DNA of 32,000 bases, from the NCBI RefSeq assembly GCF_000020385.1, contig NC_010814.1:990001-1022000 (forward strand). The letters run 5' to 3'. A program made the position numbers and the translations under genes. Shown in pieces: positions 1 to 7,067 of the stretch. Source of the DNA: Trichlorobacter lovleyi SZ (GTDB lineage Bacteria > Desulfobacterota > Desulfuromonadia > Geobacterales > Pseudopelobacteraceae). The notes under the pieces were generated by a model. It saw only the letters and a program-made list of their open reading frames with translations. It was not told where the DNA came from and made no database searches. Each line of letters opens with the position of its first letter. Positions within the stretch are counted from its first letter, which is position 1.

Positions 1-101
1 ACGAGCCCTGCGGTCAACGCCATCGGCGCGCTGACCATTGGTACGCAGCAGGCCAGCAACAGGAGCCAGAACAGTAGTTTTAATCCCTTGGTGTCATTCA
101 T
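1..101 (-). CDS. N-terminal fragment of a secreted or lipoprotein-like protein (gene continues past the window start)
   Basis: Reverse-strand ATG at 101-99 with AAGGAG (113-108) 6 nt upstream. An in-frame stop lies just upstream (137-135). Translation is MNDTKGLKLLFWLLLLACCVPMVSAPMALTAGL..., a hydrophobic signal with a possible lipobox (LLAC). It is not in the ORF track because it is open at the window edge. Confidence 0.45.
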   Translation of the reverse strand, partial: MNDTKGLKLLFWLLLLACCVPMVSAPMALTAGL

Positions 102-343
102 CTCCAGCTCCTTGTGCCTGAGTCTCTTGCAAAATTACTGCGGAGGCCGCCTACTGCGTTACGTGCTGTTTGCTCCTTCGCCTAACTGTTATGTCTCAGT
201 CGCTGCGCGACCTACGCCTTGTATCCGACCTTCTTCATAACATTTTGCAGGAGACTCAACTGATTGATGGTTGCTACTTTAGTCAGAAATAATTATAAAT
301 AAAAATGAATAATAATTATTAAATTGATCAATGGGATTTATGA

Positions 344-1228
344 ATGTCCTTGTCCCTCCGACAACTGGAAATTTTTGAAAAGATCGCCTCCACCGGTAGT
401 GTTACCAGGGCCGGAGAGGAGCTGCTGCTGACCCAGTCAGCGGTCAGCATGGCCCTGTCCCAGCTTGAACAGCTCAGCAGTGTCCCGCTCTTTGAGCGAT
501 CAGGCAGACGTCTGGTGCTGAATGATGCCGGTCGGCTGTTACTGAAGGATGCCCGTGACATACTCCTGGCTGTCAAACGGGTTGAACAACAGTTACAGGG
601 TGAAACCGGCCAGCTGGCAGGAGAACTGCTTGTCGGCGGCAGCACCACCATTGCCAACTACCTGCTGCCGTCGCTGTTAGGTGATTTTGCCCGCAGCTAC
701 CCGCACACCAGGGTGCAATTAACAGTTGGCAATACGCAACAGGTGGCAGATCTGCTGGCAGCTGGACAGCTGGATATCGCCTTTGTAGAGGGGCCTTGCC
801 ATAACCGCGAACTGGTTGCCGTGCATTGGCGGGATGATGAACTGGTGGTGGTGGCCGGCGCTGAACACCCGTGGGGCAGGGATAAGCGGGTGACACCGGA
901 GCAGTTGGCCGCAGCCCCCTGGATTATGCGGGAAAAAGGTTCCGGTACCCGTGAAATCTTTGAAGATGCCATGGACAGGGCCGGCATCAGGTATGACATT
1001 GCGCTGGAGTTTGGTCATACCGAGGCGATCAAGAACGGTGTTGCTGCCGGGCTGGGGGTAAGCTGTCTCTCGCGGATTGCCGTTGATCGGGAGCTGGAAT
1101 ACGGCCGGCTGGTTGAAGTAGCAAGTCCGTTGCTGCTGGATCGTTCACTGACCCTGCTGAAGCGGCGTAACAGCCACTGCAGCGCCCTGCTGAATGCCTT
1201 TTTAAAGGTGTCAGGCGGTGTATGCTAA
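344..1228 (+). CDS. LysR-family transcriptional regulator
   Basis: 294 aa. The N-terminus LRQLEIFEKIASTGSVTRAGEELLLTQSAVSMALSQLE is a canonical LysR winged HTH, followed by an effector-binding domain of about 200 aa. The AT-rich palindrome TAATAATTATTA (310-321) directly upstream is a plausible autoregulatory box. Confidence 0.9.
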   Translation: MSLSLRQLEIFEKIASTGSVTRAGEELLLTQSAVSMALSQLEQLSSVPLFERSGRRLVLNDAGRLLLKDARDILLAVKRVEQQLQGETGQLAGELLVGGSTTIANYLLPSLLGDFARSYPHTRVQLTVGNTQQVADLLAAGQLDIAFVEGPCHNRELVAVHWRDDELVVVAGAEHPWGRDKRVTPEQLAAAPWIMREKGSGTREIFEDAMDRAGIRYDIALEFGHTEAIKNGVAAGLGVSCLSRIAVDRELEYGRLVEVASPLLLDRSLTLLKRRNSHCSALLNAFLKVSGGVC

Positions 1229-1297
1229 GTGTGATCTAGCACAAATTAATGACATGCTTGAAAAGACTGCTATAGTTGCCAGAGGAGAGCTTACACG

Positions 1298-1675
1298 ATG
1301 AAAACAGCTGCAACCATCGCCCTGTTTTGTGCCGGGGGCGGGCTGACCCGCTACTATCTGTCCGGCTGGATCTATGGCCTGTTGGGACGGGCCTTTCCCT
1401 ACGGTACCCTTGTGGTGAATATCATCGGTGCTTACTGCATCGGCCTGATCATGGAACTTGGTCTACGCAGCACCATGCTTTCGGACACCCTGCGGATCGG
1501 TCTGACGGTCGGGTTCATGGGGGGGCTGACCACCTTTTCAACCTTCAGCTATGAGACCTTCAAGCTGCTGGAGGATGGACAGTTTGTGATGGCCTTTACC
1601 AATGTGCTGGCCAGCGTGGCGGTCTGTCTGTTGTGTACCTGGCTGGGAATTATAACGGTTCGGTCGCTGGCATAA
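1298..1675 (+). CDS. crcB: Fluoride ion channel CrcB/FluC
   Basis: 125 aa and very hydrophobic, consistent with the four-TM CrcB/Fluc fold. GFMGGLTTFSTFSYE matches the CrcB signature. A GAGGAG Shine-Dalgarno lies upstream of ATG 1298. Confidence 0.9.
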   Translation: MKTAATIALFCAGGGLTRYYLSGWIYGLLGRAFPYGTLVVNIIGAYCIGLIMELGLRSTMLSDTLRIGLTVGFMGGLTTFSTFSYETFKLLEDGQFVMAFTNVLASVAVCLLCTWLGIITVRSLA

Positions 1676-1691
1676 TCAAGGAGCTGCTACT

Positions 1692-2030
1692 ATGTCAAAA
1701 CTGGTCGGTGAACAGCAGTTGATGCGGATTTTTATCGGAGAAAGCGACCGTCATGGCTCTCGTCCCTTGTACGAGGCCCTGGTTGAGCTGCTGCGCAAGG
1801 AGGGGTTTGCCGGTGCCACGGTGTTGCGGGGCATCTGCGGTTTTGGCGCCAACCGGGTCTACCATACCCAGAAGCTGCTGGACCTGTCGGCTGACCTGCC
1901 GATGGTCATTGAGGTGGTTGACAGTCAGGAGAAGATTGCTGCCGTTATGCCGCAGATTGACGTCATGATGGGTGGTGGTATGATTACGTTGGAAAAAGCC
2001 ACAGTGATCCGCTATAGCCCGAAATCCTGA
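1692..2030 (+). CDS. DUF190 (PII-like) protein commonly paired with crcB
   Basis: 112 aa. LMRIFIGESDRHGSRPLYEALVELLRKEGFAGATVLRGICGFG is typical of DUF190. AAGGAG SD at 1678-1683. The gene starts 17 nt after crcB. Confidence 0.8.
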   Translation: MSKLVGEQQLMRIFIGESDRHGSRPLYEALVELLRKEGFAGATVLRGICGFGANRVYHTQKLLDLSADLPMVIEVVDSQEKIAAVMPQIDVMMGGGMITLEKATVIRYSPKS

Positions 2031-2071
2031 GCATGGCGGCATGCTTTACTAACTACAGGGGAGGTCATGGT

Positions 2072-3316
2072 ATGAGGATGCTGAGCAAGATAGTAATGAG
2101 TGCAGGTCTGGTCTCGCTGGTTTCCACAATGGCGCTGGCAGCAGAAAAAACCCGTCCACCCTATCCGCATTACTGGATCAGTGTGGCAACCACGAATCAG
2201 TCCATCCCCGGTATGTCTGAAGAGATGTCCGGCATGGCCTCCATGTTCGGTGGTCGCGGCGCAGCCTTTGGCCCCCGCCGGACCCTGCAGCTGCAGCTGG
2301 AAGGTCCTCGTGAGGTTGCCGAGCCCAAGGCAGAGCACCTGATTCCGCCGGGGCAGAAGATGGGAGACAGCCTGCCGTTGATTACCCCTAAACAGGAAAA
2401 GACGGAGTATCAGCCGGAACAACGGGGAGAGCGGCCTGAAAAGTATGAAAAGCCCAAGGCCCGCATGCTGATCTACTGGGGCTGTGGCGAGAATGTTGCC
2501 AAAGGCCAGCCGAGGGTGATTGATACCGCAAAGATGTCAGCCATGGACTTTGGCAAGGCCCTGAGCGGACGTAGCGGTACCCGTCAGATTCCGCCGTCAC
2601 CCCACAAAGGTTGGACTTATGGTGACTGGCCCAACAGTGAAGACAGAAAAGATGTGCCCAAGGATGCCTCACTGGTGGGTGAGCACCAGCTGAAAGGCAG
2701 CTACCTGCCTGACAACATCCGTTTCAGCCTTGATCAGAAGCGGGATTTTATGGCACCGGTCAGTTTCAGCGCCATCAGCAAGACCGCCAGCGGTGCCTGG
2801 CCGTTCAAGTGGCAGCAGGTGCCAACCGCCATCGGCTACTTTGCTACGGCAATGGGGCATAATCAGAAGACCGGTGAGACCATCTTCTGGTCATCCAGCG
2901 AGGTTCCTGAGACCGGATTCGGCCTGATGGACTACCTGACCCCCCATGATGTGCAGCGCTTTATCAGGGAAAAGGTGCTGATGCCCACCAGCCGTACCAG
3001 CTGTACCATCCCTGCCGGGGTATTCAAGGACGTGGATGGTGCCATGCTGCAGTTTATGGCCTATGGCGAGGAGTTGAATCTTGTCCATCCCCCCAAGCCG
3101 AAGGATCCCAAGCAACCCTGGAATCCGCAATGGTCGGTCAAGGTGCGGCTCAAGTCAACCGGCTCCTCTCCGCTGGTTGAGGCCGAAGAGCGCGGCAGCA
3201 GGTCATCCAAAAAACGTCCTGCTGCGGATGATGGTGCTGAACAGGAACAACAGCCTTCCGACAATAAAAAAGGCGGCGGGATGATGGATGGCCTGAAAGG
3301 GATGTTCGGCTTTTAA
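2072..3316 (+). CDS. Secreted protein of unknown function
   Basis: Start moved to ATG 2072 (GGGGAGG at 2058-2064), giving MRMLSKIVMSAGLVSLVSTMALAAEK, a classical signal peptide. 414 aa with a charged low-complexity C-terminus ending GGGMMDGLKGMFGF. I recognise no family. Confidence 0.7.
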   Translation: MRMLSKIVMSAGLVSLVSTMALAAEKTRPPYPHYWISVATTNQSIPGMSEEMSGMASMFGGRGAAFGPRRTLQLQLEGPREVAEPKAEHLIPPGQKMGDSLPLITPKQEKTEYQPEQRGERPEKYEKPKARMLIYWGCGENVAKGQPRVIDTAKMSAMDFGKALSGRSGTRQIPPSPHKGWTYGDWPNSEDRKDVPKDASLVGEHQLKGSYLPDNIRFSLDQKRDFMAPVSFSAISKTASGAWPFKWQQVPTAIGYFATAMGHNQKTGETIFWSSSEVPETGFGLMDYLTPHDVQRFIREKVLMPTSRTSCTIPAGVFKDVDGAMLQFMAYGEELNLVHPPKPKDPKQPWNPQWSVKVRLKSTGSSPLVEAEERGSRSSKKRPAADDGAEQEQQPSDNKKGGGMMDGLKGMFGF

Positions 3317-3428
3317 CAGAACAAAAAACAGTGGCATTCAATTTTTTGAATGTGCTAATGTAGCAACTCTTTATGACAGCCACCCGTTTGGGGGCTGATC
3401 AGTAGCTGTAGTACCATAGAAAGACATA

Positions 3429-3549
3429 CCGCCCGGATTTGTTGTTCTGTACAAACCGGGACGGACGGAACATGGAACCTGCCGTTGCACCTGATGCAGC
3501 CGGTTTGTGGTAACAGGCACACCGTCCCGTGGTGTGCCTGTTTTATTTT
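3429..3549 (+). promoter_or_regulatory. Structured 5' leader of the panBC operon (candidate pan-motif-like element or attenuator)
   Basis: Hairpin CCG-CCCGG-A-TTTGT (3429-3442) pairs with ACAAA-CCGGG-A-CGG (3451-3464), leaving two unpaired A residues. The 3' arm ACAAACCGG can alternatively pair with CCGGTTTGT (3500-3508). The element ends in a strong terminator (3512-3549) only 11 nt before the panB ATG. Confidence 0.5.
3512..3549 (+). terminator. Rho-independent terminator immediately upstream of panB
   Basis: Perfect 12-bp stem AACAGGCACACC (3512-3523) / GGTGTGCCTGTT (3531-3542), followed by TTTTATTTT. Confidence 0.8.
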
Positions 3550-3560
3550 GGAGTCCCGGC

Positions 3561-4361
3561 ATGCGCAAGAAGATCACCATACCTGAGATACTGTTGATGA
3601 AGCAGGAGGGCCGTAAAGTGACGGTCCTGACCGCCTATGACTACCCGACCGCCCGGCTGGTGGATGCAGGCGGGGTGGATGCCATCCTGGTGGGGGATTC
3701 GGCCGGGGTCGTGTTTAGCGGTCATGAAAATACCCTGCCGGTCACCATGGATGAGATGCTCTACCATGTCAAGGCGGTGGTGCGGGCCAGGCCCAAGGCG
3801 CTGGTGGTTGCCGATATGCCGTTTATGGCCTGTCAGAGCGGTGAGATCGAAGCCCTGAAAAACTGTGGCCGGATGCTGCAGGAAGGCGGGGCCGAGGCGG
3901 TCAAGATTGAGGGGGGCAGCAACATGGCTCCGATCATCCGGGCCGTGACCGAAATGGATATCCCGGTCATGGGGCATGTGGGGCTGACCCCCCAGTCAGT
4001 CCATCGCATGGGGGGCTACAAAGTGCAGGGACGCAAGGACCAGGCCGAGCGGATTCTGGAGGATGCCCATGCCGTGCAGGAGGCCGGTGCCTTTGCCGTG
4101 GTGCTGGAAGGGATCCCGGCCAAGCTGGCTGCCCGGATTACCGAGATGCTGGAGATCCCCACCATCGGTATCGGCGCAGGTCCGGCCTGCGATGGCCAGG
4201 TGCTGGTGATCCATGATATTCTGGGGCTGTGCGAGAAATATTCCCCCAAGTTTGTCAAACGTTACGCTGATCTTGCCCCGCTGATTACGGAGGCGGCACG
4301 ACAGTATGTGTCAGAAGTTAAGGATGGGACCTTCCCGACTGAGGAGCATTCGTTCTCGTGA
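3561..4361 (+). CDS. panB: 3-methyl-2-oxobutanoate hydroxymethyltransferase (ketopantoate hydroxymethyltransferase)
   Basis: Start moved to ATG 3561 (GGAG at 3550-3553), because the upstream part of the listed ORF covers the terminator. [44 protein letters not shown] and IGIGAG match PanB throughout. Confidence 0.93.
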   Translation: MRKKITIPEILLMKQEGRKVTVLTAYDYPTARLVDAGGVDAILVGDSAGVVFSGHENTLPVTMDEMLYHVKAVVRARPKALVVADMPFMACQSGEIEALKNCGRMLQEGGAEAVKIEGGSNMAPIIRAVTEMDIPVMGHVGLTPQSVHRMGGYKVQGRKDQAERILEDAHAVQEAGAFAVVLEGIPAKLAARITEMLEIPTIGIGAGPACDGQVLVIHDILGLCEKYSPKFVKRYADLAPLITEAARQYVSEVKDGTFPTEEHSFS

Positions 4362-5209
4362 AACTGATCCATGATGTGCAGGAAATGCAGCAGACGGTTT
4401 TGGGGCTGAAGCGTCAGGGCAAGCGGATCGCCTTTGTACCCACCATGGGGTTTCTGCATGAAGGCCATGCCTCTCTGATGCGGGAAGGGCGCACACGGGG
4501 CGATGTTCTGGTGCTCTCTATCTTTGTCAATCCGACCCAGTTCGGCATCAATGAAGATCTTGCCAGCTACCCCCGCAATCTGGAAGGGGACTGCGCCCTG
4601 GCAGAATCCTGCGGTGTGGACCTGGTCTTTGCCCCGACAGCCGCCGGTATGTACCCGCCCGGTTTTCAGACCACGGTTGCCCTGGGTCCGCTGACCAAAC
4701 CGCTCTGCGGTGCCAGCCGGCCCGGCCATTTTGATGGGGTTGCGGTGGTGGTGACCAAACTGTTCGGTATTGTCCAACCGGACTGCGCCCTGTTCGGCAA
4801 GAAGGATTTCCAGCAGCTGGCGATTATCCGTCAGATGACCCTTGACCTGAACCTGCCGGTGGAGATCATCGGTATGCCGATTGTGCGGGAGCCGGACGGC
4901 CTGGCCATGTCCTCCCGCAACAGCTACCTGTCAGTGGAACAGCGCCAGCAGGCCCTCTGCCTGCATCGGGCAATTCTGAAAGTGCGGGAGCTGTTCAAGG
5001 GGGGGGAAACCTCGGTTGACCGGCTGCTTGGCGAGGCCCGCATGATCATTACGGCGGTGCCGGAGGCTTCGGTTGATTATCTGGAACTGCGAGACAGTAC
5101 AACCCTTGAACCGGTTGCAACTGCCGCAGCTGATAGCCTGTTTGCCCTGGCCGTCAAGATCGGATCTACCCGGCTGATTGATAACACCGTGCTGGGGGAT
5201 ACACCATAA
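4358..5209 (+). CDS. panC: Pantoate--beta-alanine ligase
   Basis: GTG start overlaps the panB stop (GTGA at 4358-4361). [14 protein letters not shown] and FVNPTQF are PanC motifs. 283 aa. Confidence 0.93.
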   Translation: MKLIHDVQEMQQTVLGLKRQGKRIAFVPTMGFLHEGHASLMREGRTRGDVLVLSIFVNPTQFGINEDLASYPRNLEGDCALAESCGVDLVFAPTAAGMYPPGFQTTVALGPLTKPLCGASRPGHFDGVAVVVTKLFGIVQPDCALFGKKDFQQLAIIRQMTLDLNLPVEIIGMPIVREPDGLAMSSRNSYLSVEQRQQALCLHRAILKVRELFKGGETSVDRLLGEARMIITAVPEASVDYLELRDSTTLEPVATAAADSLFALAVKIGSTRLIDNTVLGDTP

Positions 5210-6825
5210 TGCCCACCAAGGCCCGTGCCAACCTGGAAACCCTTTACCGGATCTTCACCGTGCCGGAAGCCCCTGATTCAACCCTTGGTGCCGTTGACCA
5301 GGCTATTACTGCCGATGTGGCCGGGTTTCTGCAAAACCATATCGTGGCCATGGAGCGTCCCCTGGAGGAGATTGAGGCCAGCTTCTCCAGCGTGACCATC
5401 CCGGAGGAACCGACCTACGTCTCGGACTACACCGAATTTGTCAAAGAAAACCTGGTGGCCCAGTCGGTACATACCGCCTCACCCGGATTTATCGGCCACA
5501 TGACCTCGGCCCTGCCCTACTTTATGCTGCCGCTCACCCGCCTGATGACCGCGCTGAACCAGAACACGGTCAAGGTCGAGACCTCCAAGGCCTTTACCCC
5601 GCTTGAGCGGCAGGTACTGGCCATGCTGCATCACCTGATCTACCGCTGTCCGGACGAGTTCTACCCTTCCTGGATCCACAACAGCCAGGCAGCACTGGGG
5701 GCCTTCTGCTCCGGTGGCACCATTGCCAATACCACCGCACTCTGGGTGGCCCGCAATCGCTTCTTTGCGCCGGATGGTGCTTTCCGCGGTATTGCCCAGG
5801 AGGGGCTGGCCCGCGCCTTGAAACATCGTGGTGTTGACGGGATCGCTGTGCTGGTTTCCGAGCGGGGGCATTACTCGCTGGGCAAGGCTGCCGACCTGTT
5901 GGGTGTCGGCCGTGACCATCTGGTCAAGGTCAAGACCGCAGAGGACAACCGGATCGACCTCAAGGCGTTGCGGCAGGAGTGTCAGCGCCTGCAGGATCAG
6001 AACATCCGGCCGCTGGCGCTGGTGGGGATTGGCGGGACCACCGAAACCGGCAACATTGACCCGCTGGAGGCGATGGCCGATCTTGCCCGGGAGCTGGATT
6101 GCCATTTCCATGTGGATGCGGCCTGGGGCGGTCCGACGCTCTTCTCTGACCGCCACCGCCATCTGCTGGCCGGGATCGAACGGGCCGACTCGGTAACTAT
6201 TGACGCCCATAAGCAACTGTATGTACCGATGGGGGCGGGGATGGTGCTCTTCAGGGATCCCACCGCAGTATCCGCCATCGAGCATCACGCTGCCTACATC
6301 CTGCGCCATGGTTCCAAGGATCTGGGCAGTCACACCCTGGAAGGCTCCCGTCCGGGTAAGGCGCTGCTGGTTCACGCCGGGCTCTCGATCATGGGGCGTA
6401 AAGGGTATGAACTGTTGATCGATCTGGGGATAGAGCGGGCCCGGACCTTTGCCGGGATGATCCGCCAGCATCCGGATTTTGAACTGACCAGTGAGCCGGA
6501 ACTGAATATCCTGACCTACCGCTACTGTCCGGCAGCGATTCAGCACCTCCTGGCAACCGCACCACAAGCGGAGCAGGCCAGGATCAATGGTTTGCTGGAT
6601 CAGGTCTGCCAGCTATTGCAGAAACACCAGCGTGAGTCGGGCAAGACCTTCGTGTCCCGTACCCGGCTCCGGATGAGCCGGTACGGCGAGGAGATCACCG
6701 TGCTGCGCAGCGTGCTTGCCAACCCGCTTACCACCGATGAGATTCTGACGTCGGTGCTGAGCGAACAGTGCGAGATTGTCCGTCAGCCGGAGATCCAGGC
6801 CCTGCTGCAACAGGTCTGGAGGTAG
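5209..6825 (+). CDS. PLP-dependent group II decarboxylase (candidate aspartate 1-decarboxylase, PanP-like)
   Basis: 538 aa. The ATG overlaps the panC stop (TAATG). SVTIDAHKQLYVPMGAG contains the PLP-lysine H-K motif of group II (GadB/DDC-type) decarboxylases. GGTIANTTAL is a Gly-rich segment I tentatively align with the family's cofactor-binding region. Confidence 0.85.
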   Translation: MPTKARANLETLYRIFTVPEAPDSTLGAVDQAITADVAGFLQNHIVAMERPLEEIEASFSSVTIPEEPTYVSDYTEFVKENLVAQSVHTASPGFIGHMTSALPYFMLPLTRLMTALNQNTVKVETSKAFTPLERQVLAMLHHLIYRCPDEFYPSWIHNSQAALGAFCSGGTIANTTALWVARNRFFAPDGAFRGIAQEGLARALKHRGVDGIAVLVSERGHYSLGKAADLLGVGRDHLVKVKTAEDNRIDLKALRQECQRLQDQNIRPLALVGIGGTTETGNIDPLEAMADLARELDCHFHVDAAWGGPTLFSDRHRHLLAGIERADSVTIDAHKQLYVPMGAGMVLFRDPTAVSAIEHHAAYILRHGSKDLGSHTLEGSRPGKALLVHAGLSIMGRKGYELLIDLGIERARTFAGMIRQHPDFELTSEPELNILTYRYCPAAIQHLLATAPQAEQARINGLLDQVCQLLQKHQRESGKTFVSRTRLRMSRYGEEITVLRSVLANPLTTDEILTSVLSEQCEIVRQPEIQALLQQVWR

Positions 6826-6879
6826 AAACCTCAAAGGCTGTTCTGGCGGGATTGTTGCGGTTATGGCGATGCAGTGATG

Positions 6880-6914
6880 GCCCCTGATATGTACATCAGG
6901 GGCTTTTCTATTTT
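6880..6914 (+). terminator. Rho-independent terminator of the pan operon
   Basis: GCCCCTGAT (6880-6888) / ATCAGGGGC (6895-6903) form a 9-bp GC-rich stem, followed by TTTTCTATTTT. Confidence 0.8.
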
Positions 6915-7067
6915 GTAATCCGTGGTACTCTTGATGCTGCGGGGAGAAGGTTCTGCAGAGTCCCCCGGTGACTCTCGTCTGAATTGTGTGCTGGATTGAA
7001 ACCACCTGAATTGCCGCAAAGGAACCGGTCATGCAACTGTTCAAGGCTCAGGATAACGAGGCGATCT

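Noticed and set aside
191-292. 33-codon plus-strand ORF (MSQSLRDLRLVSDLLHNILQETQLIDGCYFSQK) whose start resembles a LysR N-terminus
   Set aside because: There is no SD, the ORF is very short, and the similarity to the LysR start (MSLSLRQLEIF) covers only about 10 residues. It could be a gene remnant, but this is unsupportable from sequence alone.
1229-1297. Expected fluoride riboswitch upstream of crcB
   Set aside because: I could not find the conserved crcB-motif segments or a matching pseudoknot-forming fold in the 69-nt spacer. This needs a covariance-model search to be definitive.
3334-3356. Hairpin CATTCAA-tttt-TTGAATG after the 414-aa protein gene, considered as its terminator
   Set aside because: The stem is only 7 bp and AT-rich, with no following U-tract. 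It is too weak to call.
4262-4777. 171-aa minus-strand ORF
   Set aside because: It is antisense to the panB/panC junction. It is a shadow frame.
5479-6567. 362-aa minus-strand ORF
   Set aside because: It is antisense to the PLP-decarboxylase gene, which has clear family motifs. There is no SD, and the composition is typical of a shadow ORF.
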